Positions 1 to 9,260 of a DNA stretch of 64,000 bases are shown in pieces (within the stretch, counting starts at the first letter, position 1; each line of letters opens with the position of its first letter). The position numbers and the translations under genes were made by a program. The DNA lies in the NCBI GenBank assembly GCA_040285825.1, contig JAUPSS010000008.1, positions 806,001 to 870,000 on the forward strand, read 5' to 3'. The DNA comes from Eukaryota sp. TZLM1-RC (lineage: Eukaryota > Protista > Metamonada: BaSk clade). Below the pieces are notes generated by a model that saw only the letters and a list, made by a program, of their open reading frames with translations, was not told the origin of the DNA and did no database searches.

Positions 1-43
1 TATTGAATTTTCATTATTTAAGCCAAATTTTGTGATAATTGCA

Positions 44-115
44 GTTCTCGTGGCGCAATGGAAGCGCATCAGCCTCCGGAGCTGAAGGTTTCGGGTTCGA
101 ACCCCGACGGGAACG
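44..115 (+). tRNA. tRNA-Arg(CCG)
   Basis: Cloverleaf: acceptor GTTCTCG/CGGGAAC, D arm GCGC..GCGC, anticodon arm TCAGC-CT CCG GA-GCTGA, T arm TCGGG-TTCGAAC-CCCGA; followed by a TTTT Pol III-type terminator. Confidence 0.95.
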
Positions 116-189
116 ATTTTGATGTAGTGAAAGCTACATCTCAATCTCGAATAGCATTCTGCAGTGTCAAGGTAGTGGACTTAGTTGAA

Positions 190-330
190 AATATGTATGG
201 ACGTTTTGGAACGATTGCAAAGTATCTTCTTGATGATTTTGAAAATTTTGTAAAAACAGGAATGAATTAGCGTTTTGATCGTCGTTTGTGGTTGAATCGT
301 ATTGTTTTACTTTTTCAAAACAATTCCAAA
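190..330 (+). mobile_element. Degenerate 3' fragment of a CRE-like RLE non-LTR retrotransposon
   Basis: Translates as GRFGTIAKYLLDDFENFVKTGMN*RFDRRLWLNRIV, matching the C-terminal G.L...A..FL.DF...V......F.R..W.NRI block of the other RLE elements in the window. Confidence 0.6.
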
Positions 331-384
331 AAGTAGTTGCTTTAATGGATGATATATCCCTGATTGGTTCGTTTGATTACTGTA

Positions 385-880
385 TATTTATTGAATTTGC
401 ACACTTAATTAAAATAATTCATAACCAATGGGACGAATATCATTAAACCAAGATTTCCTCTACAAAATCTTGATCTGCTTGCTGTCTAGCTAAAGCTTCT
501 CTTATTCGATTGAAAAACTGAGGTAATCTATTAATAATGGCAAATTGAATTCGAGAGCGCCATAAAAAATTATCAAATCTTTTCATTGTTTTTTCTTGAA
601 TTATTTTCGGAAGTCATTCAAAAAAGTTTCTGCTTCTACTGGTAGTCTTCCGTTTATCGAAAATGAGAAAGCAATAAAAACTAGCTGTGTATTTCAACCA
701 GCATTAGCTTCTTCGATATCTTTGTCATATTTTCTATGTTTTTCTTTTGCTTTAAAATCAAGAGCACTCACAGGATTAAGTTTTCTTCTGTAAACCAAAG
801 TATCATTTGCAACATTACATGAGACAAAGTCAACAATAGATTCAGAATTATCAATCCAATCACAGTATACATCACAACTT
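385..880 (-). mobile_element. 5'-truncated CRE-like non-LTR retrotransposon, family A (RLE domain and 3' end)
   Basis: DVYCDW..IVDFVSCNVANDTL..ALDFKAKEKHRKY (PD..D/E.K-type RLE with K..KY); near-identical to copies at 12985-13839 and 46351-47190; ends in an AATAAATA tail. Confidence 0.85.
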
Positions 881-889
881 CTCAAGTTA

Positions 890-1935
890 CAGTCCATATT
901 TGAATGAGTTATCTTGTGAACTCGATAGATTGCCGCCACAAATTTGGACCAAATGTTTTCCCCAATCAATTCAAGAAATCGCAAACCGATTTCCTTTTAC
1001 TTTGCAGTTTTGCTGTAGAAAACTTCAACAAAAATTGTCAAAGATTTTTTAAAGCTTGGATTTTGATTTTAGACTTGGCTTGTACAAGAAAAAGAATCTC
1101 GCTTTCGCAAATTTTTTACAAGATATGTGCGATAGTACATCTTCTGCCTTAGTAACAACAATTCCTCAAGTTCATGGCACTCTCTTAACCGATTCTGCTT
1201 GGACTTTGAATATGAGATTTCGTTCCTTTATCTGGCCTGATAATTTGCCCCATAATTCAATTTGAAAATGTTCTCGAACAATTACATCTACTCATTTGTT
1301 AAATTGTAAACATTTTTTTACTTTTAGAAGCAAGGTTCACGATGCTGAAAGAAACCAATTTTATTGTATGTGTAAGTCTCATAGAATTGAATCCTATTTG
1401 GAACCTCTGTTGAATCAGTTTGATACTGAAGATGATTTTCATAAGAATAATAGAGGTGAAGTCATATTACCTGGAATAGATGGAACCTTCATTTTGGTGG
1501 ATGTAGTGTCTGTTGATCCTTGTAATGCCTCAAATGAAAGGCTTGCTAATTCTGAATTTCATAATCCTCTTTCAAATGCTGAAAATTTCAAACTCAAAAA
1601 ATACAGTGAACCTTTGTCCAAATTGTCCAGCCAACAGCATGCAAAATACAATTTGTATCCAGTTGTATTTTTTCTATTTGGTTCGCTTGCTCCAACGGCT
1701 ATACGTTTTTGGCGGATTTTGAATTGATTGTAAAGAGAAGAACTAACAGAAATTACCACAGATTGTTTTGGCAAAATAGAATTGTGTTTTCTATTTTTAA
1801 GGAGATGTTGAAGATGCTTTCTGATGCTTTGCTTTTGCTTGGATCTCACTATGAGAGAGTTGTATCTAGTTGTTTTGTTTTGGACAGATTTGTGATTTAG
1901 TTGTTGATTTATAAGTTGTTTAATAAATAAATAAT
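890..1935 (+). mobile_element. 5'-truncated CRE-like non-LTR retrotransposon, family B (zinc finger and RLE), frameshifted
   Basis: HLLNCK..RSKVHDAERNQFY.MC..EPLL..RGEV..LVDV.SVDP..AENFKLKKY..WQNRIVFSIF; ends in a TAAATAAATAA tail. Confidence 0.85.
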
Positions 1936-1944
1936 GATTAAAAA

Positions 1945-2060
1945 ATTCCTAAGATGATTTCTGAAGTTCTGATGTTTGTCAGTGCACATTACGAAGACAT
2001 TGCTGTTGTACGGTTTGATGATATGGGAGCTTGCTTTGTAGATGTTGACTTCTAGATTGC
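1945..2060 (+). mobile_element. Extreme 3' fragment of another RLE retrotransposon family
   Basis: PKMISEVLMFVSAHYEDIAVVRFDDMGACFVDVDF* parallels the C-termini of families B and C (..KLISESL..FDVGESGFEDVEL*). Confidence 0.5.
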
Positions 2061-2149
2061 AATTTATTGTTTAGTTTCTCGGTTGATTATATCGAAGAAA
2101 TTTGAAAAGGTTGAAATGATTGGGATTGTTCATTACATAAGGCAAAAAA

Positions 2150-2222
2150 TACAGGCACCGGGGGTTGAACCCGGGACCGCCTCTGTGTGAGAGAGGCATC
2201 CTAACCACTAGACCATGCCTGT
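2150..2222 (-). tRNA. tRNA-Val(CAC)
   Basis: Minus-strand cloverleaf: ACAGGCA/TGCCTGT acceptor, A73, anticodon arm CCTCT-CT CAC AC-AGAGG, T arm CCGGG-TTCAACC-CCCGG; followed by a T6 terminator (A-run at 2144-2149 on +). Confidence 0.92.
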
Positions 2223-2287
2223 CTACTTGTGCACAGGGTGGGTGAAAAAATTGGCAATTGGTGTGTTTTTCAGCAAATGTTGTACTA

Positions 2288-2300
2288 TTATTTATTTAAT

Positions 2301-2343
<43 letters not shown>

Positions 2344-2360
2344 TTTTATTTTATTTATTT
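2288..2360. repeat. (TTTA)n microsatellite
   Basis: About 70 bp of imperfect TTTA repeats, read directly. Confidence 0.95.
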
Positions 2361-2929
2361 GGGTCACTGTTTTTCATAAACTGTTTTATACATTTAATAC
2401 CAATGAATGAAACTTTCTTGTTGGTTGTAATGTAATGTGGGCTATCAGTGAAAAGTCTCACAAGCTCAGTATTTCATATTGATTGTTGAAAGTACAATGA
2501 TTTGTTTGATATTAATAATTCGAATCTAAAATGTACAAAACAAGAAGTTCAATGTAAACGCCCTCGAATCAGCGTTCAAAGTCGGTGTTTTGGTGTTTCA
2601 AAATGAATTTAATTTTTGAAAAAATAATTAAAATTAACAAATATTTTATTAAATTAGCTTCAGTTAAGACTTTCATCGTCAAATGGGCTTGTAAAGGGGA
2701 AAGTTAATTTTAAAATGGACCTTGATTCTGAATATATTGCAAAGTATTGGAAGGTTCATGAAAATGATCCCTTCTCAGATTTTTCCTTATCCCAAAGAAG
2801 AACTGTAGTTGCGGTTTATTGTTTGAGCGATACAGATTTAACCATGAAATTCTTTAATCTTTTTTAACAATGACCAATTCATGGAAACTGTTAACCATAA
2901 ACCTTATGATGGTTATAAGGACAACATAA

Positions 2930-4607
2930 AAAATGTCATCATAGATCCGAAAATGATTGACGTGATCGATGAGGCAGTAATTAGGTGTCAGGAGATTTCT
3001 ATTGTTGATTTAGAATTCATTTGTGGTTATTAATTGCATCTTTTTGACTTAAACCCTAATGATAATTAACCAAAAATTGAAACGCAATTTCTTCGTGACC
3101 TTTTTATTCAGGTCACATCTCAAAATGAGGAGGAAAGTTCTCTTAACCCAAAGATAAAAACAGCTTTGCAAAATTCTCTTTGTGCGCCATTGATGGTATT
3201 CTATCACCAATTGACAAATTGATTGTGAATTTCTGAAATAACAGTCAAGAGCATTACTTTAACTGCTTCGATAGATTTGTTGATGTTTTCTATGATGCTA
3301 AGAGAAACAACAGCGTTCTGAAAAAACAGGATAAGAAAAACTTATCATTTATCAGCATAGATAAATTTCTCCTTCTACAAGGACGTAGAGATATTGATGG
3401 TAAAACATCTGCAATGAGAAACAAAGTCTCATCAATTGCTTCGCTTTTCATCAATGACCGGACCCCTCTTTTACTTTCCACTAATTCCAAAAGGGAAAAG
3501 TATTTAAAATTTGATTTTTCGTCAAAATCAAATTTGTATTTGAAAGCAATGTTTTATATTAATAATTATTTAGAAGATGAGGAGAGCAAACTCTTTCACG
3601 CTCTGCCTTTGAAGAATTCTTGTGTTCACTCGTATATCAGAATTGACAAGACAAGTTTATTGAACTTGTTCTTTAACGAATTCAAGGACATTCTTGGTCA
3701 AAAGTCGGCTTATAAATTTGATGATCAAAAGATGGGTTTGTTCTTATGGAACACCATTTTGAAAATGGACGAGATTGAAAACACTAAACTTTATTCAGAA
3801 GATTCAAAATACATCATGTCTAGCATCGAGACTGATGGAATAGCAGTATCATTCATTCAATCTAGAATTGACTTGAAAAAACTCAAGGTAACTGCAAAAG
3901 AATTGAAAGATACAGAAATCTCAAGAAATCAATATTCCCCACGAAATTGATTACTCATTAAATTTGAGAAATAATGAACAAAAACTAAATCTGTAGGAAG
4001 ATGGGAAGCAACTTTATCCCAATTCAATTCCAAAAGCTGCAGATTTGACACATTTAGGGAGTATATTAAACAAAAGAATTTTGTGAATAGTATTGTTGGT
4101 GAAGTCTATCATCAAAATTTTTTTAGGAAACTAAGATGGTGGGCTGAGATTAATCGCACAAGATCTGAGGCAAAGATGATTCAGAGCTTCAAATCAGTAA
4201 TTGGTGATCCCCGCCAAGTAGTTGTCGAAATTGGAGAAAGGGAACAACGAAAACACATGAAATTCAAAGAACCTACCAAAAGAAAAGGTTTGAGAATTCT
4301 GTTTAAGAAGGCTGGTTATAAGGTCTTTTAACTGATGAGTTTCGAACCAGTTGCGGTTGTTTCAATTGCAAGAAAGCGGAGAAAATAGTTGAAACATTTC
4401 GATAATGAAGAAAACCCTGGTCATGGAAGAGGCATGAGATGTCGATTCGTCACGGGCTTACCATGTGTAAATCATGCGAGAGATCGAAATGATTCGCTGA
4501 ATATGTTGGCAGTGATGGAAGCACGTGTAAAAGGTGGAGAGAGACCGGAATACCCACACAGAGTCAAGGTTGGTGAAGGTTCAAAGAAAATATTCTCAAA
4601 AACTTAG
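2930..4607 (+). pseudogene. Fanzor1 (eukaryotic TnpB-like RNA-guided nuclease) pseudogene, family F1
   Basis: Ordered motifs across broken frames: FHALPLK..YIRIDKTSL, SIETDGIAVS, FRKLRWWAEINRTRSEAKMI, IGDP..VVEIGE, KFKEPTK..GL..LFKKAGYKVF, DEFRTSCGC..C, HGL..C..C, RDRN..LNM, GGERPEY. Multiple stops and frameshifts; the RuvC-I DPG region is not recognisable. Confidence 0.85.
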
Positions 4608-4662
4608 TCCCTCTACATCAGTGTAAAAAGAACACTTATTTCATTGTTATAGACATCATCTG
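4560..4662 (+). ncRNA. Conserved Fanzor F1 right end / candidate omega-RNA scaffold, abutting the ARL6 ATG
   Basis: GAAGGTTCAAAGAAAA...CTCTACA..TGTAAAAAG.ACACTTAT..CATTGTTA.AGACA..ATCTGT is shared with 6420-6540, 18775-18875 and 19874-19924; RNA function is inferred from the position at the Fanzor 3' end. Confidence 0.5.
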
Positions 4663-4668
4663 TAACAA

Positions 4669-5242
4669 ATGGGCTTCTTATCTTTCCTAAAACGTGCTTT
4701 TGGTGTTCAACCTCCTTCTGGGCGAGTCTTGGTATGCGGTTTGGATGGTGTAGGCAAGAGTTCTATTCTGTCTTTCATGAAAAGTGATCCAAAAGACAAT
4801 GTTGTAGTTCCCACTGTGGGCTACTCTTTAGAAGAGTTTTCTTTCAATGGTTTTTCTTTTACGGTTTTCGACATGTCTGGCCAGTCTCGATATCGTGACC
4901 TGTGGGAGCACTATATCAAAGAATCACAGGCCATTATCTATGTTATTGATGCCACAGATAAGCTACGACTAGTAGTAGCAAAGGATGAATTAGCTAATAT
5001 TCTACAACATCCAGACCTTAAGAATGTACCATTCCTTCTGCTTGCTAATAAAATGGATCTCCAAGAGGCTTTAGCTCCCTCTGTCATAGTCACAGAGATG
5101 AATCTTTCACAGTTGCTGTCAAGTAGAAACTGGCATATAAATGGCACTTGTGCACTTGATGGAGGTTTGTCTCATCTAATTACTTACTGCAGATGGTCTT
5201 GATTCGGGATTTTCTTGGTTAGCTGATCAACTGCGGTCGTGA
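4669..5242 (+). CDS. ARL6: Arf-like small GTPase, ARL6/BBS3-like; 2 exons (4669-5164, 5193-5242)
   Basis: GLDGVGKS, PTVG, FDMSGQSRYRDLWEHY (ARL6-type), NKMD, TCA. Removing a 28-nt intron (GTTTGT..CTAAT..TGCAG, 5165-5192) restores the GDGLDSGFSWL Arf-type C-terminus. Confidence 0.85.
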
Positions 5243-5722
5243 TACGTTTGTTGGAAGGTATTTCTGTATTTTTATATTTTTTGTAGATTGGTCATAAATT
5301 ACTTAATGGGACGTATTTATTTGCTTGCTTCAATAGGACTAAGTTTTATTCTTAATTTTACCTTACTAATCTGCTACAACTTGTCTTTGCAAAAGTCTCT
5401 GATGTAAGCTATACAGATAACGCATTATTGATGTGATGGTTGCATGTGGTCGAAGGACTAGTAGATAAGTCTGTAAGAGATATAGATAAAAGAGGTGTTT
5501 ATAATGAGTAGGTGTTAGCAGAATAGCCGCTATAGTAGTAATTTTGTTTATAGTTCTTTAGTGAGTACATTTTTGAGGAAAAATATAATTCTTTCTTCCG
5601 TTTCTCTTTGTATTTCCACTTGTTATAAACACGTATTGAACCTATGTCATACAACTCGAGCTCCCAACGTTCCAAGGCTGTGTTAACATAGGGAGAAAAT
5701 TCAATGCAATAATACTATACAA

Positions 5723-5811
5723 TATCGCGTTTCCTGAAATGTTGGGCGATTTGGGCCATTAGCAAACAATCGCCCAATAAAAAGGTGCCCCACATTTTAG
5801 GAAACACGGTA
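5723..5811. mobile_element. Tiny Tc1/mariner (pogo/Tc2-like) MITE
   Basis: Imperfect inverted repeats of about 25 bp (TA-TCGCGTTTCCTGAAATGTTGGGC / GCCCCACATTTTAGGAAACACGG-TA) flanked by TA; internal hairpin TTGGGCGATT/AATCGCCCAA. Confidence 0.65.
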
Positions 5812-6209
5812 TGGTTGAAGTTTATATTTTGACGATGTGAAAAATGTCTTGACAGGCTGGAAGTTATCAGTAACAAAAATTGCAATTTGAAGAAGAAATC
5901 TCCAGTTGGGGAACAATCTTCAACAACCTAGACTTAAATAATGATATTCATGGTCAGAATTATAGATTTATTTTACAATTAATTATTGTCTTGAGGTAAT
6001 TTGCAACGAGTGAACACCCCATGCACTACTGTGATGACCTCATGACGAAATGGTTTTGAGTGTTACCTTCAACTATGATTGAAATTGGACAAGAATCAAA
6101 TTGAGTCACTGCGACATGGCACCATGTGATAACTTCAGGGCTAGGAGCCAGCTCATTGATGATTAATGAAACTACTTCAGCAAATCGTCATGTCTGTTTT
6201 AATTAACTT

Positions 6210-6540
6210 CACAGCTATACATTCAAACAGTTAAGGCTGATGCTGGTTCAACAAAAAGACCAGGTATTAAGGAGAAAAAAATCTACAAAGACAACATCAA
6301 AGTCTCGAATTCTCTCTTATCGGTTTATATTTGTAAAAATATGCCGTTGTGATGACGGAATAATATAAATAAAAATTAATAGATGATATGCACGACGCTA
6401 ATATAACTATAAAAATACAGAGAGCCAAATTCGATGAAGGTTCAAAGAAAAGGAATCAAGGAGAAAATCTTCCAAAATAGTCAGTCTCTCTACAACGGTG
6501 TAAAAAGGACACTTATTGCATTGTTACAGACAATATCTGT
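6210..6540 (+). mobile_element. Two tandem Fanzor F1 3'-end remnants (about 6210-6306 degenerate; about 6415-6540 well conserved)
   Basis: Peptides YIQTVKADAGSTK and IQRAKFDEGSKK match the F1 C-terminus YPHRVKVGEGSKK; 6436-6540 aligns with 4575-4662. Confidence 0.7.
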
Positions 6541-6544
6541 CAGA

Positions 6545-7417
6545 ATGAACCCAAATTCTCAGTCTGTTCAGGACGTAATATCAGCTGCTGATCGACTACT
6601 TACCTCCTTGCGGTCCTCACAGTTATCTTACCCTTCTAAAGTGGAACCCACTGCAGCTCCTCCCAGACTCGTGTCACAACTCATCGATTCGTTGACTTCT
6701 GCCAATGATTTCATCAACAGTTATAGGGATTCGCTAGCCCCTTGCATCGAGCACCCAGAGAATCTCCCCATACCATTTCCACTAAGTTTACCTCCTCAAC
6801 ATCTGGTTTCTTCCGTAGAGGAAGGCGCTGGGTTTAGCGAACTATGTAACATTACCTACTCTTTATTTAAGTCCGTTACATTCTTAAAATTCACAACTGA
6901 TGCGAAACTTTCAGCATTATCTAGATGCAACAAGAAAACTCAAAACGAAAATTCTTCACTTAAAACACAAATAAGAGAACTGAATGAAGCCTTGGACGAA
7001 AAAGATAAGGAAAAAAGACATTTGGAATCTGTTCATCAATCAAGTAGAAGAGAAATTAAACATGAGGTTACCGAATTACGAAATCTTTATGAAAATCACT
7101 TATACAAACTTAAACAGCAGCTGGAACAAACCCAGCTTGAGAATTCAGAGCTTGTGAATAATATAGCTGAGTCAGAAAGGGTTAGAAGAAGTCTTGAAAG
7201 TGATGTTGCAAAAGGTCATAAAGAAATCGACTCTCTCAGACGGGAACTCTCTTTTAATGAACAAACGAGAGCTCAACTTTCTAAAGAAGTCAATCTACTT
7301 CGTTCAAAGCTAGCTTCTCTCAATATTGATCCTAATGAAGATTTCTCTTTTGGGGAAGAAGATTTATCAAAGTCAAGTCTTTGTGAGCACTTCTCACGGC
7401 ATGGTTTGGATTTGTAA
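6545..7417 (+). CDS. Hypothetical coiled-coil protein (about 290 aa)
   Basis: Long ORF with a heptad-rich C-terminal half. Start moved to ATG 6545 because the first 37 codons of the predicted ORF are Fanzor right-end sequence. Confidence 0.75.
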   Translation: MNPNSQSVQDVISAADRLLTSLRSSQLSYPSKVEPTAAPPRLVSQLIDSLTSANDFINSYRDSLAPCIEHPENLPIPFPLSLPPQHLVSSVEEGAGFSELCNITYSLFKSVTFLKFTTDAKLSALSRCNKKTQNENSSLKTQIRELNEALDEKDKEKRHLESVHQSSRREIKHEVTELRNLYENHLYKLKQQLEQTQLENSELVNNIAESERVRRSLESDVAKGHKEIDSLRRELSFNEQTRAQLSKEVNLLRSKLASLNIDPNEDFSFGEEDLSKSSLCEHFSRHGLDL

Positions 7418-7465
7418 TTTAATTGTAAAATAAAATAAGTAGGAAAAAAGTTTTTATTTACATGG

Positions 7466-9124
7466 TCACTCTAACGGTATTGGCTTGACTATACCATTAT
7501 CAAGGACCTTTTCTGACTTTTCATGTGATTTCTGATTGGTTTCCGGAAGTTCTGTACCACAAAACTCAGCTAATCCTCTAATAAGGATGCTTAAATCACC
7601 TAATAAGGGACGTTCCTTTTTCAGAAGTTTGTTTTCTTCTAATAATTCAGAATTTTCAACGCGAATTGAATTCAAGTCTTGGCATAGTGTGGAATTTTTG
7701 GTAAAAAGTTCATTTTCTCGGATTGTCAATCGATCCACATCATCAGTGAGCTGTTTTTTGATTGACTGAAGATCCGTGACATGCTGTTCTAAAATATTGG
7801 CCTTGTCACTCAACCTTGACAATTCACTTTTTAAATCTGCTATTTCATGTAAAGAATTCTTTAATTTAGATTGATTTTCCTCAAGTTTTGACTTCAAAAC
7901 TCTATTTTCTGAATTTAAATTCTGATTTACAACTAAAATGTCATCAACATTTCTGGTATTGGCATTTAAAATTTTGAAATTTTGAGCAGCTCGCACAATA
8001 ACATCATCGACTAACTGATAATGATCTCCTCTCTGCCCCTGCGAAATATTGGAACAAGAGAGGCGTAATACAATTTCAAAACAAAGAATATTTAGTTCTT
8101 CCCCTTTGGAAATTGGTAAATGTGGAGCAAGAAATTTAAATATTTCCTGAGAAATTTCCAAGGTCAATGGAAAATAACAAACTTGCTTCAAAATACTTAG
8201 GACAGTTACCAAAACACTAGGTTCTTTGTATAGAAATTCCACTAAAATGTTTAAAAATTCAACACTTTCGGATAAGAGTTCAGCAATGGCATTTCTATTT
8301 GTTTTTTCAACCAGAAATTTTATGCAATCCAACCAGCAAAGTTGACTAGCCTTGTCAAAATGCTGAAAATTTGTCAAGAGAAGGTTCAAAGTGTCGATAA
8401 AGAGATCAGGTTGGAAAATTTGAGCCAATTCGACACCCAACACACTAGATTCAACAATCAAACCCTTGATTGATTGATTAAGCAGGTTAAAAACTGTTTC
8501 CTCTTTCACACTGCACTTATCCACAAGAATTGCATCCTTAACCAGACAACAGAAAAACTTCATCAATAAAGGCTCTTCCCTAAACTCAAGCTCGTCCAAC
8601 TGAGCAACTACCCCCTTTACCACACTAGAGTTGGAAAGAACACATGAGGGAGAGAGATCGTACACAAGTTTTAGTATTGAGCAAACGTTGGAAGGAGAAC
8701 AGTGGAGATGTGGTATGGAGTGAGAGATTATGGGAGAGAGGGTGGATGACGGTATGTGGGAAGAAAATGAGGTTAGTATAAGCAAAGAATGATCAGAAGG
8801 AACGTGTTTGATTGCAAGATTTAATAAATAGCTAGTAAGTTCTGAGGGAATACAGGTAGGGTCCAGTTGAGAGGTGGCGAGAGAAATGGGAGCAAGACAT
8901 AATGAAGAATTAGGTATTGAACTAAGCACAGAGAGGACTTCTATAAGAGAGTTAGCTGAAAAGGAGGAAGTTTGAAGCAAGGGATATAGCACATCAAGGC
9001 ACTGACTAAGATCCGATTCAGAGGAAAAAGATTTCAGCTTGTAAAGTAAGGTAGTAAGTAACTTACTGGCTTGTTGCTCCGTGAGAGGGAAAAGAGAAGG
9101 GAGAGCATTAAGCAGGTCAAGCAT
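7466..9124 (-). CDS. Hypothetical protein, helical-repeat-like N-terminus and C-terminal coiled coil
   Basis: 552-aa ATG-started ORF; Leu/Ser-rich helical region followed by a clear coiled coil. Confidence 0.8.
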   Translation of the reverse strand: MLDLLNALPSLFPLTEQQASKLLTTLLYKLKSFSSESDLSQCLDVLYPLLQTSSFSANSLIEVLSVLSSIPNSSLCLAPISLATSQLDPTCIPSELTSYLLNLAIKHVPSDHSLLILTSFSSHIPSSTLSPIISHSIPHLHCSPSNVCSILKLVYDLSPSCVLSNSSVVKGVVAQLDELEFREEPLLMKFFCCLVKDAILVDKCSVKEETVFNLLNQSIKGLIVESSVLGVELAQIFQPDLFIDTLNLLLTNFQHFDKASQLCWLDCIKFLVEKTNRNAIAELLSESVEFLNILVEFLYKEPSVLVTVLSILKQVCYFPLTLEISQEIFKFLAPHLPISKGEELNILCFEIVLRLSCSNISQGQRGDHYQLVDDVIVRAAQNFKILNANTRNVDDILVVNQNLNSENRVLKSKLEENQSKLKNSLHEIADLKSELSRLSDKANILEQHVTDLQSIKKQLTDDVDRLTIRENELFTKNSTLCQDLNSIRVENSELLEENKLLKKERPLLGDLSILIRGLAEFCGTELPETNQKSHEKSEKVLDNGIVKPIPLE

Positions 9125-9130
9125 CTGATT

Positions 9131-9260
9131 CTGAGAATTTCACACAAAGTGAATATTGAATAAATATCTCTAATAATTGTGTAAACTTCTCAGCACCAAG
9201 GGTTAGTATACACTAAACACCTTGGAAATACGTTGATTAAAACAGATACTGCTGTCTTCT
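9131..9260 (-). ncRNA. Structured RNA candidate (omega-RNA-like) between the Fanzor F2 stop and the host ATG
   Basis: Hairpin CCAAGG..TTAGT-GTAT-ACTAA..CCTTGG (9196-9225) and a 16-bp stem CTGAGAA-TTTACACAA/TTGTGTGAA-TTCTCAG (9131-9193) ending 6 nt before the ATG at 9124. Confidence 0.5.

Noticed and set aside
58-270. 70-aa ORF
   Set aside because: Starts inside tRNA-Arg and runs into a retrotransposon fragment; spurious.
2180-2196. Possible UCA (opal/Sec) or CUC anticodon in the minus-strand tRNA (CTCTCACAC)
   Set aside because: Only the CCTCT/AGAGG stem pairs, centring CAC in a 7-nt loop; no long variable arm.
2229-2435. Hydrophobic 68-aa ORF
   Set aside because: Translation of the (TTTA)n microsatellite.
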